64,000 nucleotides of DNA from Eubacteriales bacterium (GTDB lineage: Bacteria; Bacillota; Clostridia; Oscillospirales; Feifaniaceae), in assembly GCA_031549485.1 (NCBI GenBank), contig JAVBPR010000013.1, positions 1,007 to 65,006 on the forward strand. The letters run 5' to 3'. This document shows, in pieces, positions 39,405 through 47,594 of the stretch; within the stretch, counting starts at the first letter, position 1; each line of letters starts with the position of its first letter. The position numbers were made by a program, and so were the translations under genes. Under the pieces are notes generated by a model. It was not told the origin of the DNA, ran no database searches, and saw only the letters and a list, made by a program, of their open reading frames with translations.

Positions 39405-39530
39405 GCGTTTCGACTCACTACCTATTGAAAATGAAAATTTGGTCGTGTTGCGCAACAACGATAACAGCTATGCCGTCCTCAATCAGATGGCATAGCTGTG
39501 AAGCATAAATAAAAAATGTTATATTTATTA

Positions 39531-40160
39531 TTAGTTTTCCGAATAGTCAACGCTTAATAACAAGTTGTCAGAAAAACAAACTTCTATAAATTGTTTATTA
39601 ATTGAATAAGTGCAGAATCTCCAATTAAGAAGATTGTTTTTTTCGTCCGATAAGAGTTTTGCCCCTGCATACTGAAATATATCATTAACGGCTTCAAAAG
39701 ATAATCCTATATTTGATTGAAGTGTTACCGAGAGTTGATAAAAGTTTTTTTTGTCAGTTATATCATAATTTGGTGCAATATAATCTATTTGCAATGCAAG
39801 GTTGTCTTCGGTAAAACATATGGCAATATATTGATGATTTCCGTTTGTCCACACGCAATATCGCCACTCAATCGTTTCTTGCTTGTAGTCGGACAATTGT
39901 AATGCACCTATCCCATCGAACTTAGATTCAAACACTGTGTATGCGGTTCCAATGTCGTTTTTTATTTTTGAGTAAAACTGAAAGAAATCTTTTTCATCAA
40001 TATTATTTTTTTGATTGTCAACCAATATGCTATCGGAGTCAGCTTCGCTAATATTTGTAGCATGATCTGGGGAGTTTTCGTGTTTTACTATTACGTCTTC
40101 AGTACAGCCAGTGAGTGATATTATAAAGACAAATATATTTAAGATTAATATTCGTTTCAT
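39531..40160 (-). CDS. Lipoprotein with two tandem ~70-aa repeats
   Basis: 209 aa with a lipobox (ISLTGC). There is an internal duplication (FFQFYSKIKNDIG..WRYCVWTNGNHQYIAICFTEDNLALQIDY versus FYQLSVTLQSNIG..WRFCTYSINKQFIEVCFSDNLLLSVDY). Confidence 0.75.
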   Translation of the reverse strand: MKRILILNIFVFIISLTGCTEDVIVKHENSPDHATNISEADSDSILVDNQKNNIDEKDFFQFYSKIKNDIGTAYTVFESKFDGIGALQLSDYKQETIEWRYCVWTNGNHQYIAICFTEDNLALQIDYIAPNYDITDKKNFYQLSVTLQSNIGLSFEAVNDIFQYAGAKLLSDEKNNLLNWRFCTYSINKQFIEVCFSDNLLLSVDYSEN

Positions 40161-40257
40161 TGTAGTAATTCCTTTTTAAATTTATTTACAGCTAATAAAG
40201 CGGAGGAATTTGATATTGTTAGTTCTGCGAAGCTCGATCCGGCACACGTATGCGTGA

Positions 40258-40947
40258 TTACCATGAGAAAACTTTTTTGCCGCCGTTCTCATTGGCTTGT
40301 AATTCTGATATTTCGACAGTGTCTCCGTTGATTGGTTTATATTTACTTACATACACTGTAATCTTTGCAACTGTTGGGTATTCCCAAAGGCTTATTTCAT
40401 AGCTTCTTGTTTCTCCGGCTTTTATATTAGCGCTACATTGGAATTCTGTATAGTTTGTCCCGTCGAAATTATAAACATTATTCCCGTATGCGTCTGTGCA
40501 GATAACTGTTAGTGTAAATGCGTCCAACTCATTGGCTAATACGTTTTTTACTTTAAGCGTATATAAACTAAGTCCCCATGTATCGCGAGAAGCAGATACA
40601 AACTCCAAAGGCACATACTTATTGTCAATAGTTGGGGTGCTTGAGTCAGGCGCAACACCAGTATATGCTTTTCCGGTTTCGATGACAGCTTGCGAAAGCA
40701 CAACGTCCCAATATACATTGAACTGAGATTTTGTGCCACTTAATGCTTGAGCAACTGAGCGCAACTGTATATAGTTGCTGTCTTCGATGTTATATGACAT
40801 ATCAAAAGAGATTTCTTTACCGTCTAGCATGAACTTCGTTCTGCTTGGCATTGCTGTCGTCTCTCCGTTACTTGCAAAGACTGTAGATGAGGAGGCCGCA
40901 AAGACTGCAACAAGAGAAACAATTGTGATTAGTTTTTTCATAATCAT
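40258..40947 (-). CDS. Secreted protein with a copper-amine-oxidase-N-terminal-like domain and a C-terminal beta-sandwich-like domain
   Basis: It has a signal peptide (MIMKKLITIVSLVAVFAASSSTVFA). F.LDGKEISFD..YIQLRSVAQALSG..VYWD resembles the Cu_amine_oxidN1 stalk domain. The start was trimmed to the ATG after GAGGAG. Confidence 0.65.
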   Translation of the reverse strand: MIMKKLITIVSLVAVFAASSSTVFASNGETTAMPSRTKFMLDGKEISFDMSYNIEDSNYIQLRSVAQALSGTKSQFNVYWDVVLSQAVIETGKAYTGVAPDSSTPTIDNKYVPLEFVSASRDTWGLSLYTLKVKNVLANELDAFTLTVICTDAYGNNVYNFDGTNYTEFQCSANIKAGETRSYEISLWEYPTVAKITVYVSKYKPINGDTVEISELQANENGGKKVFSW

Positions 40948-41236
40948 TATCCTTTCTCCTCGCATATTCGCCTGCGAGAATGGCGTTGCTATTTTGGACA
41001 TATTTATCTACAAATGAAATAGTTTTTAGTTAGTTCCGCAGAACTTGCTCAGTAATAACCATAGCGATGGGATTGCATCTTCCAAACTACTGTCTTGCTC
41101 CAATTTTAGCTTTAACTCATATGTTAGGCGAAAATGCTTGGCTGTATAAAAAACCTTGCCTTTATAGTTGCATAATACGTTTTTGTTATCAGACTGTCAA
41201 GGGCGGTTATATTTATCGTGCTAATCGAGGCATATT

Positions 41237-41346
41237 CAAATGAAAATATAAAAACTTAATCGGTTTATACAAATAACAACACCCCGGGCGGTTGCCCGGG
41301 GTGTTGCTATTTGTATCAGTAAATTATATTACTCTTACGCTCAAAA
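41237..41346 (+). repeat. 110-bp direct repeat, copy B (overlaps the true serA 3' end)
   Basis: See copy A. The terminator hairpin copy is at 41277-41306. Confidence 0.95.
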
Positions 41347-42484
41347 TATCGGGAATAGATTTAATTTTATCGACAATCTCGGCCGAAACCGGCTCAATTG
41401 TTTCAAGAACGGTATATCCATACTCGTCTTTGGATTTATTAAACATATTCTCGATATTGATGCCGCAATCGGAGACGGCGGCTGTTATCGCGGTTATCTT
41501 ATGCGGAATATTGCGGTGGATTATGCAAAGCCTTGACATATCGGTCGAGGGAAGCGCAAGGCTCGGCATATTAACGCTATTTACGATGCTTCCGTTTTCA
41601 AGATAATCAATAAGCTCGGTGCAGGCGGCGATTGCGCAGTTGTCTTCGCTTTCCGGTGTGGAAGCGCCGAGATGAGGAATGCAAATCGCGTTTTTCATCT
41701 TAAGCGTTTTCTCGTTCGGGAAGTCGGTTACATAGCTTGCAACCTTGCCGCTCTCGAGGGCTTTTGCCATATCGTCGTCGTTCACAATTTCGCCGCGCGA
41801 GAAATTGAGGATGCGGACGCCGTCCTTCATCTGCGCAAAAGTTTTTTCGCAGAACAAACCTCTTGTTTCGCCGTTTAGCGGCATATGAATCGAAATATAA
41901 TCAGCCTCTTTGAAAATCTCTGTTATATCATTTATTTTGGCGATATGCCTTGAAATCCGCCATGCGGAAGTGACCGACATAAAGGGATCATATCCCATAA
42001 CGTCCATACCGAAAGAACGCGCTGCGTTAGCGACGAGAACGCCGATTGCGCCAAGACCGACAACGCCAAACTTTTTGCGGTAAACCTCGGGTCCGCCGAA
42101 CGCGCTTTTGCCTTTTTCGACAAGAGCGGGGATTTCATCGCCTTTATCGGCGATTGTTTTTACCCATTCGATGCCGTCTGCAACTTTTCGCGAAGAAAGA
42201 AGCATACCGGTGAGAACAAGCTCTTTAACGGCATTTGCGTTAGCGCCCGGGGTGTTGAAAACGACGATTCCGGCTTCGCTGCAACGCTTTATCGGAATGT
42301 TGTTTGTTCCTGCGCCGGCGCGGGCAATTGCTTTCAGCTTATCGCCGAACTCCATTTCAAGCAAATCGCCGCTGCGGACGAGAATACCGTCCGGGTTTTC
42401 GCTGTCGTTTAAAGCGTATTTGCTTTTGTCAAAAAGATCGGTGCCGCAAGCTGCAATTTTATTAAACTGTTTAATTTCAAACAT
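41324..42484 (-). CDS. serA: D-3-phosphoglycerate dehydrogenase with a C-terminal ACT domain
   Basis: 386 aa. It has a 2-hydroxyacid dehydrogenase fold (GVVGLGAIG NAD motif) and a C-terminal ACT-like ~70 aa. It is adjacent to serC. Confidence 0.9.
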   Translation of the reverse strand: MFEIKQFNKIAACGTDLFDKSKYALNDSENPDGILVRSGDLLEMEFGDKLKAIARAGAGTNNIPIKRCSEAGIVVFNTPGANANAVKELVLTGMLLSSRKVADGIEWVKTIADKGDEIPALVEKGKSAFGGPEVYRKKFGVVGLGAIGVLVANAARSFGMDVMGYDPFMSVTSAWRISRHIAKINDITEIFKEADYISIHMPLNGETRGLFCEKTFAQMKDGVRILNFSRGEIVNDDDMAKALESGKVASYVTDFPNEKTLKMKNAICIPHLGASTPESEDNCAIAACTELIDYLENGSIVNSVNMPSLALPSTDMSRLCIIHRNIPHKITAITAAVSDCGINIENMFNKSKDEYGYTVLETIEPVSAEIVDKIKSIPDILSVRVI

Positions 42485-42500
42485 AAGTCACCTTCAAGAA

Positions 42501-43580
42501 TTATTTATTTTCCGCCTCGAATTTTTTCATAAATTCAACGAGTGCGGTGATACCTTCGATAGGCATTGCGTTGTAGATTGAAGCTCTCATTCCGCCGACC
42601 GAGCGGTGACCTTTAAGGTTTACAAAGCCGTTTGCCGATGCTTCTTTAACGAATTTCGCGTCGAGCTCGTCGTTGCCTGTAACGAAAGGAATGTTCATCA
42701 AAGAGCGGTCTTTTTTGTCAACCGTTGCGCTGAACATTGCGGAACTGTCGAGAAAATCATAAAGAACAGCTGCTTTTTTCTCGTTTATGGCTTTCATGCC
42801 AGCAAGTCCGCCGTTATCCTTAACCCACTGCAAAACAAGGCCGCAAATATATATCGCGTAGCAGGGCGGGGTGTTGTACATAGATTCATTTTCCGCATAT
42901 GTAACGTAATTGAGCATAGTCGGGGTGTAATCACGGGCTTTGCCGAGAAGGTCTTCTCTGATTATCGCGACCGTAAGCCCTGACGGCCCCATATTCTTTT
43001 GGGCGCCGGCATAAATCATCGCATATTTTGAAACATCGACCGGTTCAGAGAGAATGCAGGAACTCATATCCGAGATAAGCGGAATTTCGCCCGCGTTCGG
43101 AGTTTCGTGCCATTTTGTGCCGTAAATGGTGTTGTTTTCACATATGTGCAGATAATCGGCATCTTTCGGAATAAGCGAATAATCGATCTCCGGAATATAT
43201 GAAAAAGTTTTATCTTTCGAGCTGCCGACAACAACACAGTCGCCGTAGCGGGAAGCCTCGTCATAGGCTTTTTTCGCCCATTGACCGGTAATAGCAAAAG
43301 CCGCTTTTCCGCTTCCGTTAAGGAAATTAAGCGGAATCATAGCAAACTGCATGGAAGCGCCGCCCTGTAAAAACAGAACCTTGTAATTATCCGGAATATT
43401 CATAAGCTCGCGAAGCAGAGCTTCGGTGTTATGCAGGATAGTCTCAAAAGGTTTTGAGCGGTGGCTCATCTCCATAACCGACATGCCGGAATTACCCTGG
43501 TCAAGCATCTCGACCTGCGCTTTTTCAAGCACCGGCAAAGGCAAGCAGGACGGGCCGGCAGAAAAATTGTAAACTCTCAT
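42501..43580 (-). CDS. serC: Phosphoserine aminotransferase
   Basis: 359 aa. MRVYNFSAGPS.. start, GGAS, and AGAQKN (PLP lysine region) are typical of SerC. RBS GGAGGA. Confidence 0.93.
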   Translation of the reverse strand: MRVYNFSAGPSCLPLPVLEKAQVEMLDQGNSGMSVMEMSHRSKPFETILHNTEALLRELMNIPDNYKVLFLQGGASMQFAMIPLNFLNGSGKAAFAITGQWAKKAYDEASRYGDCVVVGSSKDKTFSYIPEIDYSLIPKDADYLHICENNTIYGTKWHETPNAGEIPLISDMSSCILSEPVDVSKYAMIYAGAQKNMGPSGLTVAIIREDLLGKARDYTPTMLNYVTYAENESMYNTPPCYAIYICGLVLQWVKDNGGLAGMKAINEKKAAVLYDFLDSSAMFSATVDKKDRSLMNIPFVTGNDELDAKFVKEASANGFVNLKGHRSVGGMRASIYNAMPIEGITALVEFMKKFEAENK

Positions 43581-43684
43581 ATTATCCTCCTAAAAATAAA
43601 CTAATGTTAATATATTATCATAGTGAAAAAAGTAATTCAATTCTAAGAAAGATAAAATTTTCACAAATTGAAAATTCTTTTGCG

Positions 43685-43713
43685 TTGACTATGGAAACTT
43701 GCTTTAATATAAT
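43685..43713 (+). promoter_or_regulatory. Sigma-A-type promoter for the hydrogenase-sensor operon
   Basis: TTGACT, a 17-nt spacer, then TATAAT, about 50 nt upstream of the first DRTGG gene. Confidence 0.65.
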
Positions 43714-43761
43714 AATATTATTATATTATTAATTTTTAATATATTTTGAAAGGTTACAGAA

Positions 43762-44115
43762 ATGAAAATCAAGGAAATAGTTGAAATTTTGGAAGGAACT
43801 GTACTTTGCGGAGAGGAGCTTATCGAGACCGAGGTGCATTCAGCCTGCGGCAGCGATATGATGAGCGATGTGCTCGCGTATGTTAAGGATCAGGCGGTGC
43901 TTTTGACCGGCCTTGTTAATCCTCAGACGGTCAGAACGGCAGAAATGATGGATATGTGCTGTATCGTTTTTGTCCGCGGCAAACAACCAGACGAGCAGAT
44001 GATAGAGCTTGCAAAAGAGCATGGCATTGTGCTTATTAAAACAAATATGCGCATGTATATTGCCTGCGGACTGCTATATACAAAGGGGCTCGGCCAGGTT
44101 CAGACCTACTGTTAG
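43762..44115 (+). CDS. DRTGG domain protein
   Basis: 117 aa. VLLTGLVNPQ..VRTAE..CIVFVRGK fits the DRTGG domain layout. Confidence 0.75.
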   Translation: MKIKEIVEILEGTVLCGEELIETEVHSACGSDMMSDVLAYVKDQAVLLTGLVNPQTVRTAEMMDMCCIVFVRGKQPDEQMIELAKEHGIVLIKTNMRMYIACGLLYTKGLGQVQTYC

Positions 44116-44128
44116 GAGCAAATTAATA

Positions 44129-44551
44129 ATGAGTAATTCTATAAAGCTGCATTACGATATAAGCGGCGATAATTTTACCTCGGCGGGAGAGGCGTCAACG
44201 GCGCTTAAAAGAGAGCTTAAAAAGCTCGGACTTCCGCAGGAATTCATCCGCAAGGTCACGATAGCTATGTATGAAGGAGAAATAAATCTCGTTATCCACG
44301 GCGGCGGCGGAATTGCTGACGTTGAGATTGACGATGAGAAAATATACATAGTGCTTTGTGACCACGGCCCGGGTATAAAAGATGTGAAACTTGCGATGCA
44401 AGAGGGGTATTCCACCGCAAACGACGATGTGCGTTCGCTCGGCTTCGGCGCCGGGATGGGGCTTCCAAACATGAAAAAATACACCGATAATTTGAAAGTT
44501 GACAGCACCGTCGGAGTCGGAACAACGGTGAAAATGACTATTTTGATCTAA
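44129..44551 (+). CDS. Anti-sigma-factor-type serine kinase (RsbW/SpoIIAB-like HATPase)
   Basis: 140 aa after trimming to the ATG following AGGAG. It has N-box E..N..HG, G1 DHGPGI and G2 GFGAGMGL. Confidence 0.8.
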   Translation: MSNSIKLHYDISGDNFTSAGEASTALKRELKKLGLPQEFIRKVTIAMYEGEINLVIHGGGGIADVEIDDEKIYIVLCDHGPGIKDVKLAMQEGYSTANDDVRSLGFGAGMGLPNMKKYTDNLKVDSTVGVGTTVKMTILI

Positions 44552-44572
44552 ATATGTCCGGATGGAAAGGAC

Positions 44573-45907
44573 TTGAGAAATTTGGAAAATAACGTTTATC
44601 ATTCGGTCACGCTTGACAGCGATAAGTGCCTTGGCTGCACGAATTGCATCAAGCGGTGCCCGACAGAAGCGATAAGAGTACAAAAGGGTAAGGCGAAGAT
44701 AATTAAAGACAGGTGCATCGATTGCGGCGAATGTATTCGCGTTTGTCCGCATCATGCAAAACGTGCCGTTTTTGATTATCTTGACGATTTCAAGGGCAAG
44801 TTCAAATGCCTTATCGCCGTTCCGGCGCCCGCGCTATACGGTCAATTTAATAATTTAAATGATGTTAATTTTGTTCTTACAGGGCTTCAAAAGATCGGCT
44901 TCGACCGCGTTTTTGAGGTCTCGCGCGCGGCAGAAATCGTTTCGGATTTCACAAAAGAATTCTTAAACAACAAGGAAAAATATAAAATTAAATCTCCCGC
45001 GATCAGTTCGGCGTGTCCTGCGGTAATAAGGCTGATTACTGTAAAATTCCCCTCGCTTATCCCTAATATTTTACCCGCTTTTCCGCCAGCGGAATTGGCG
45101 GCAAAAATGGCGAAAAAAGAGGCGGCTGCGGAACTCGGATTGCACGAAGAAGAAATCGGCGCGATTTTTATTTCGCCTTGCCCGGCGAAAGTTACCGCGG
45201 CAAAAGCTCCGCTCGGCATAAAAAAGAGTCATATAGACGGCTGCGTCGCAATCAGCAGTCTTTATAAAGACCTCGTTTCGGTTATGAATAAAATCGAGTC
45301 GCCGGAAAAATTTTCACAGTCCGGCCTTGAGGGGATAAGCTGGGCGATTTCCGGAGGAGAATCGGACGCGCTGCACCGCGAAAAATATCTTGCGGCCGAT
45401 GGGATAGAAAACTGCAACAAAATTCTCGGCGAAATCGAGGACGGAAAATTCCCCGAGCTTGAATTTATCGAGCTTAATGTTTGTACCTCCGGTTGCGTCG
45501 GCGGAACGATGAATTTCGAGTCGCCGTTTGTCGCGAAAAGCAGGGTAGGGCGCTTGCGCCGGAATATGCCGCTCTCTTGTAACAGCATTGCTTCAAGCGG
45601 ACTTTCGGGCAGCGACGTAAACTTAAACGACATCCTTGTCGAAAATAAGGCGTTTATCCTTTCTTCCGACCGGAAAAAAGCAATGGAAATGAAGATACAG
45701 ATCGACGAAATATGCAATGGCCTTGCGGGGCTTGACTGCGGTTCTTGCGGCGCGCCGTCCTGTAAAGCGCTGGCGGAGGATATCGTTCGCGGACACGCAA
45801 AAGAGAGCGACTGCATCTTCAAACTTCGCGAAAAACTCGCCGGCGTTTGGGGCGACATTTCCTCTTTTGATAAATACGGACCAAATATAAAAAATGGAGA
45901 AAAATGA
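44573..45907 (+). CDS. HydS-like putative sensory [FeFe]-hydrogenase (2x[4Fe-4S] + H-domain + C-terminal Cys cluster)
   Basis: 444 aa. It has two ferredoxin motifs (CLGCTNCIKRCP, CIDCGECIRVCP). The H-cluster motifs are divergent: L1 SSACP, L2 SPCPAK, L3 ELNVCTSGCVGG. The C-terminus carries CGSCGAPSC...C. The start could be TTG 44573 or 44582. Confidence 0.8.
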   Translation: MRNLENNVYHSVTLDSDKCLGCTNCIKRCPTEAIRVQKGKAKIIKDRCIDCGECIRVCPHHAKRAVFDYLDDFKGKFKCLIAVPAPALYGQFNNLNDVNFVLTGLQKIGFDRVFEVSRAAEIVSDFTKEFLNNKEKYKIKSPAISSACPAVIRLITVKFPSLIPNILPAFPPAELAAKMAKKEAAAELGLHEEEIGAIFISPCPAKVTAAKAPLGIKKSHIDGCVAISSLYKDLVSVMNKIESPEKFSQSGLEGISWAISGGESDALHREKYLAADGIENCNKILGEIEDGKFPELEFIELNVCTSGCVGGTMNFESPFVAKSRVGRLRRNMPLSCNSIASSGLSGSDVNLNDILVENKAFILSSDRKKAMEMKIQIDEICNGLAGLDCGSCGAPSCKALAEDIVRGHAKESDCIFKLREKLAGVWGDISSFDKYGPNIKNGEK

Positions 45908-46236
45908 TGACGGTAAATGATTTCGCTTCGCAAATCGGCGCCGAATTTATCGCCGGTACCGGCGGCGGAAACAGAGTTATAAGCGGTTGCTATATCGGCG
46001 ATTTGCTCAGCTTTGTCATGGGAAAGGCGCAGTGCGGAGATTGCTGGATAACTATAATGTCAAACCTGAATGTTATAGGAGTAGGCTCGCTCACCGATGT
46101 TGCATGCATTCTTTTGGCGGAAGGCGTAAAACTTGATCAAAACGCGAAAGAAAAAGCGGATGAAGAGGATATCGCGGTTTTGTCGTCCGATAAATCCGCA
46201 TATGAGCTTGCAGCCTGTCTTTCAAAGCTGATATGA
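45904..46236 (+). CDS. DRTGG domain protein (second copy)
   Basis: 110 aa with an ATGA overlap with the hydS-like stop. Its layout is similar to the first DRTGG gene. Confidence 0.7.
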   Translation: MMTVNDFASQIGAEFIAGTGGGNRVISGCYIGDLLSFVMGKAQCGDCWITIMSNLNVIGVGSLTDVACILLAEGVKLDQNAKEKADEEDIAVLSSDKSAYELAACLSKLI

Positions 46237-46970
46237 AAGCCTTTTATGATCTGCATATCCATACCTGCCTTTCGCCGTGCGCAGAGGATGATATGACACC
46301 GGTGAATGTGGTGAATATGGCGAAACTCGCAGGGATTGATATCATAGCGGTAACCGATCATAACACCGTGAAAAACTGCGGCGCCGCAATCAAATGCGGT
46401 GAAGAGGCGGGGATAACGGTTATCCCGGGAATGGAGCTTACAACCGCCGAGGAAGCGCATATCATCTGCCTTTTTCCGGAACTTTCGCTTGCCGAAAAAT
46501 TTGAGCTCGAACTGGATAAAAGAAGAAGTAAAATTCCAAACCGAGCCGATATTTTCGGGAGGCAGCTTATTGTTGATAAAGATGAGAATATAATTTCGGA
46601 GTATCCTTTTATGCTCTCGGCGGCGACCGAAATAGGAACTTTTGAGATTGTCGGCCTTGTCGAAAAATTCGGCGGGGCAGCATATCCCGCACATATTGAC
46701 AGGCAATCGATGAGCGTTGTTGCTACGCTCGGATTTATCACGCCCGATATGAATTTTAAAACGGTCGAATTTTCAAGGGAAGGCATAGAAAACGGTATGC
46801 CCGAAAAAATGAAAAAACTTTATCTTGATTTGCCGTATATCACCGCTTCGGATGCTCACCGTCTTGAGGATATCAAAGACGCGAAATATTGCATAGAAAT
46901 TGAAGATATTTCTGCTGAAAATATAGTGGATTTTATTCGCCGCGGGGAGCTAAAGCTAATTGCAAATTAA
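46233..46970 (+). CDS. PHP-domain phosphoesterase
   Basis: 245 aa. The YDLHIHTCLSPC and AVTDHNT metal-binding motifs are PHP-type. ATGA overlap with the upstream gene. Confidence 0.8.
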   Translation: MKAFYDLHIHTCLSPCAEDDMTPVNVVNMAKLAGIDIIAVTDHNTVKNCGAAIKCGEEAGITVIPGMELTTAEEAHIICLFPELSLAEKFELELDKRRSKIPNRADIFGRQLIVDKDENIISEYPFMLSAATEIGTFEIVGLVEKFGGAAYPAHIDRQSMSVVATLGFITPDMNFKTVEFSREGIENGMPEKMKKLYLDLPYITASDAHRLEDIKDAKYCIEIEDISAENIVDFIRRGELKLIAN

Positions 46971-46988
46971 ATTTGCGCGTGTTATAAT
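46960..46988 (+). promoter_or_regulatory. Extended -10 promoter for the structural hydrogenase operon
   Basis: TTGCAA, a 17-nt spacer, then TGtTATAAT. It overlaps the 3' end of the PHP gene. Confidence 0.55.
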
Positions 46989-47049
46989 GACGGTTAGCGT
47001 GTAGTTTTAGCGGATTCTTTCTTTAACTACACAATTTTTACGGCCAACT

Positions 47050-47067
47050 ATGTTATAAATTTAACAA
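47050..47067. promoter_or_regulatory. Rex-like operator
   Basis: ATGTTATaaatTTAACAA against the clostridial Rex consensus TTGTTAAnnnnTTAACAA. The right half is perfect and the left half has 2 mismatches. It lies about 25 nt upstream of the hydC start. Confidence 0.45.
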
Positions 47068-47090
47068 TCTAAATACAAGGAGGAGCTTTT

Positions 47091-47594
47091 ATGGGTGCCA
47101 AAAAAGTTTTGCCGTTTAAAGGAACGGCGGAGCAAGAGGCGAAGCTTTATGAAGTTATCGCGCATTGGAAAGGAAAAGACGGAGGGCTTATGCCTGTGCT
47201 GCAGGAGGCGCAGGAGATATACGGCTATCTTCCCGAAGAAGTGCAGATGATGATTTCGGAGGGAATGCATGTTTCGATGAGCGAGATTTACGGGGTAATC
47301 ACTTTTTACTCGCAGTTTAATCTCTCGCCGAAAGGCAAATACAAAATCGGTGTCTGCCTCGGAACCGCTTGCTATGTTCAAAATGCGGGCGATGTTTTTG
47401 AGAGGCTTAAAATCGTTTTGGGACTTGAATCGGGCGAATGCACCGAAGACGGCATATTTTCGCTTGATGGGACACGCTGCCTCGGATGCTGCGGACTTGC
47501 GCCGGTGCTTATGGTAAACGATGACGTTTACGGGCGCTTGAAACCCGAAGAAGTTGACAAAATCGTTGAAAAATACAGGAAACTCGAAGCATAA
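47091..47594 (+). CDS. hydC: NuoE-like [2Fe-2S] subunit of the bifurcating hydrogenase
   Basis: 167 aa. It has the C..GTAC...C.GCC thioredoxin-like 2Fe-2S motif. Strong RBS AAGGAGGAG. Confidence 0.9.
   Translation: MGAKKVLPFKGTAEQEAKLYEVIAHWKGKDGGLMPVLQEAQEIYGYLPEEVQMMISEGMHVSMSEIYGVITFYSQFNLSPKGKYKIGVCLGTACYVQNAGDVFERLKIVLGLESGECTEDGIFSLDGTRCLGCCGLAPVLMVNDDVYGRLKPEEVDKIVEKYRKLEA

Larger units (their letters stand above)
39405..41236. other. AT-rich 1.8-kb inserted islet carrying two surface-protein genes, no mobility gene
   Basis: It is bounded by the 110-bp direct repeats. It is visibly more AT-rich than flanking rsgA and serA. Both genes are on the minus strand. Confidence 0.6.

Noticed and set aside
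39428-39490. 20-codon ORF (MKIWSCCATTITAMPSSIRWH) in the islet's left spacer; also ORF-like fragments in 41002-41236 (for example ..LEDAIPSLWLLLSKFCGTN on the minus strand)
   Set aside because: They have no RBS, are very short and are interrupted by stops in the same frame. At most they are remnants of degraded genes. I could not identify them as mobility genes.
43655-43673. Inverted repeat ATTTTCAcaaatTGAAAAT in the serC / DRTGG divergent spacer
   Set aside because: It could be an operator, but the arms are 7 bp and AT-rich in an AT-rich spacer, and it matches no consensus I can name. The evidence is insufficient.
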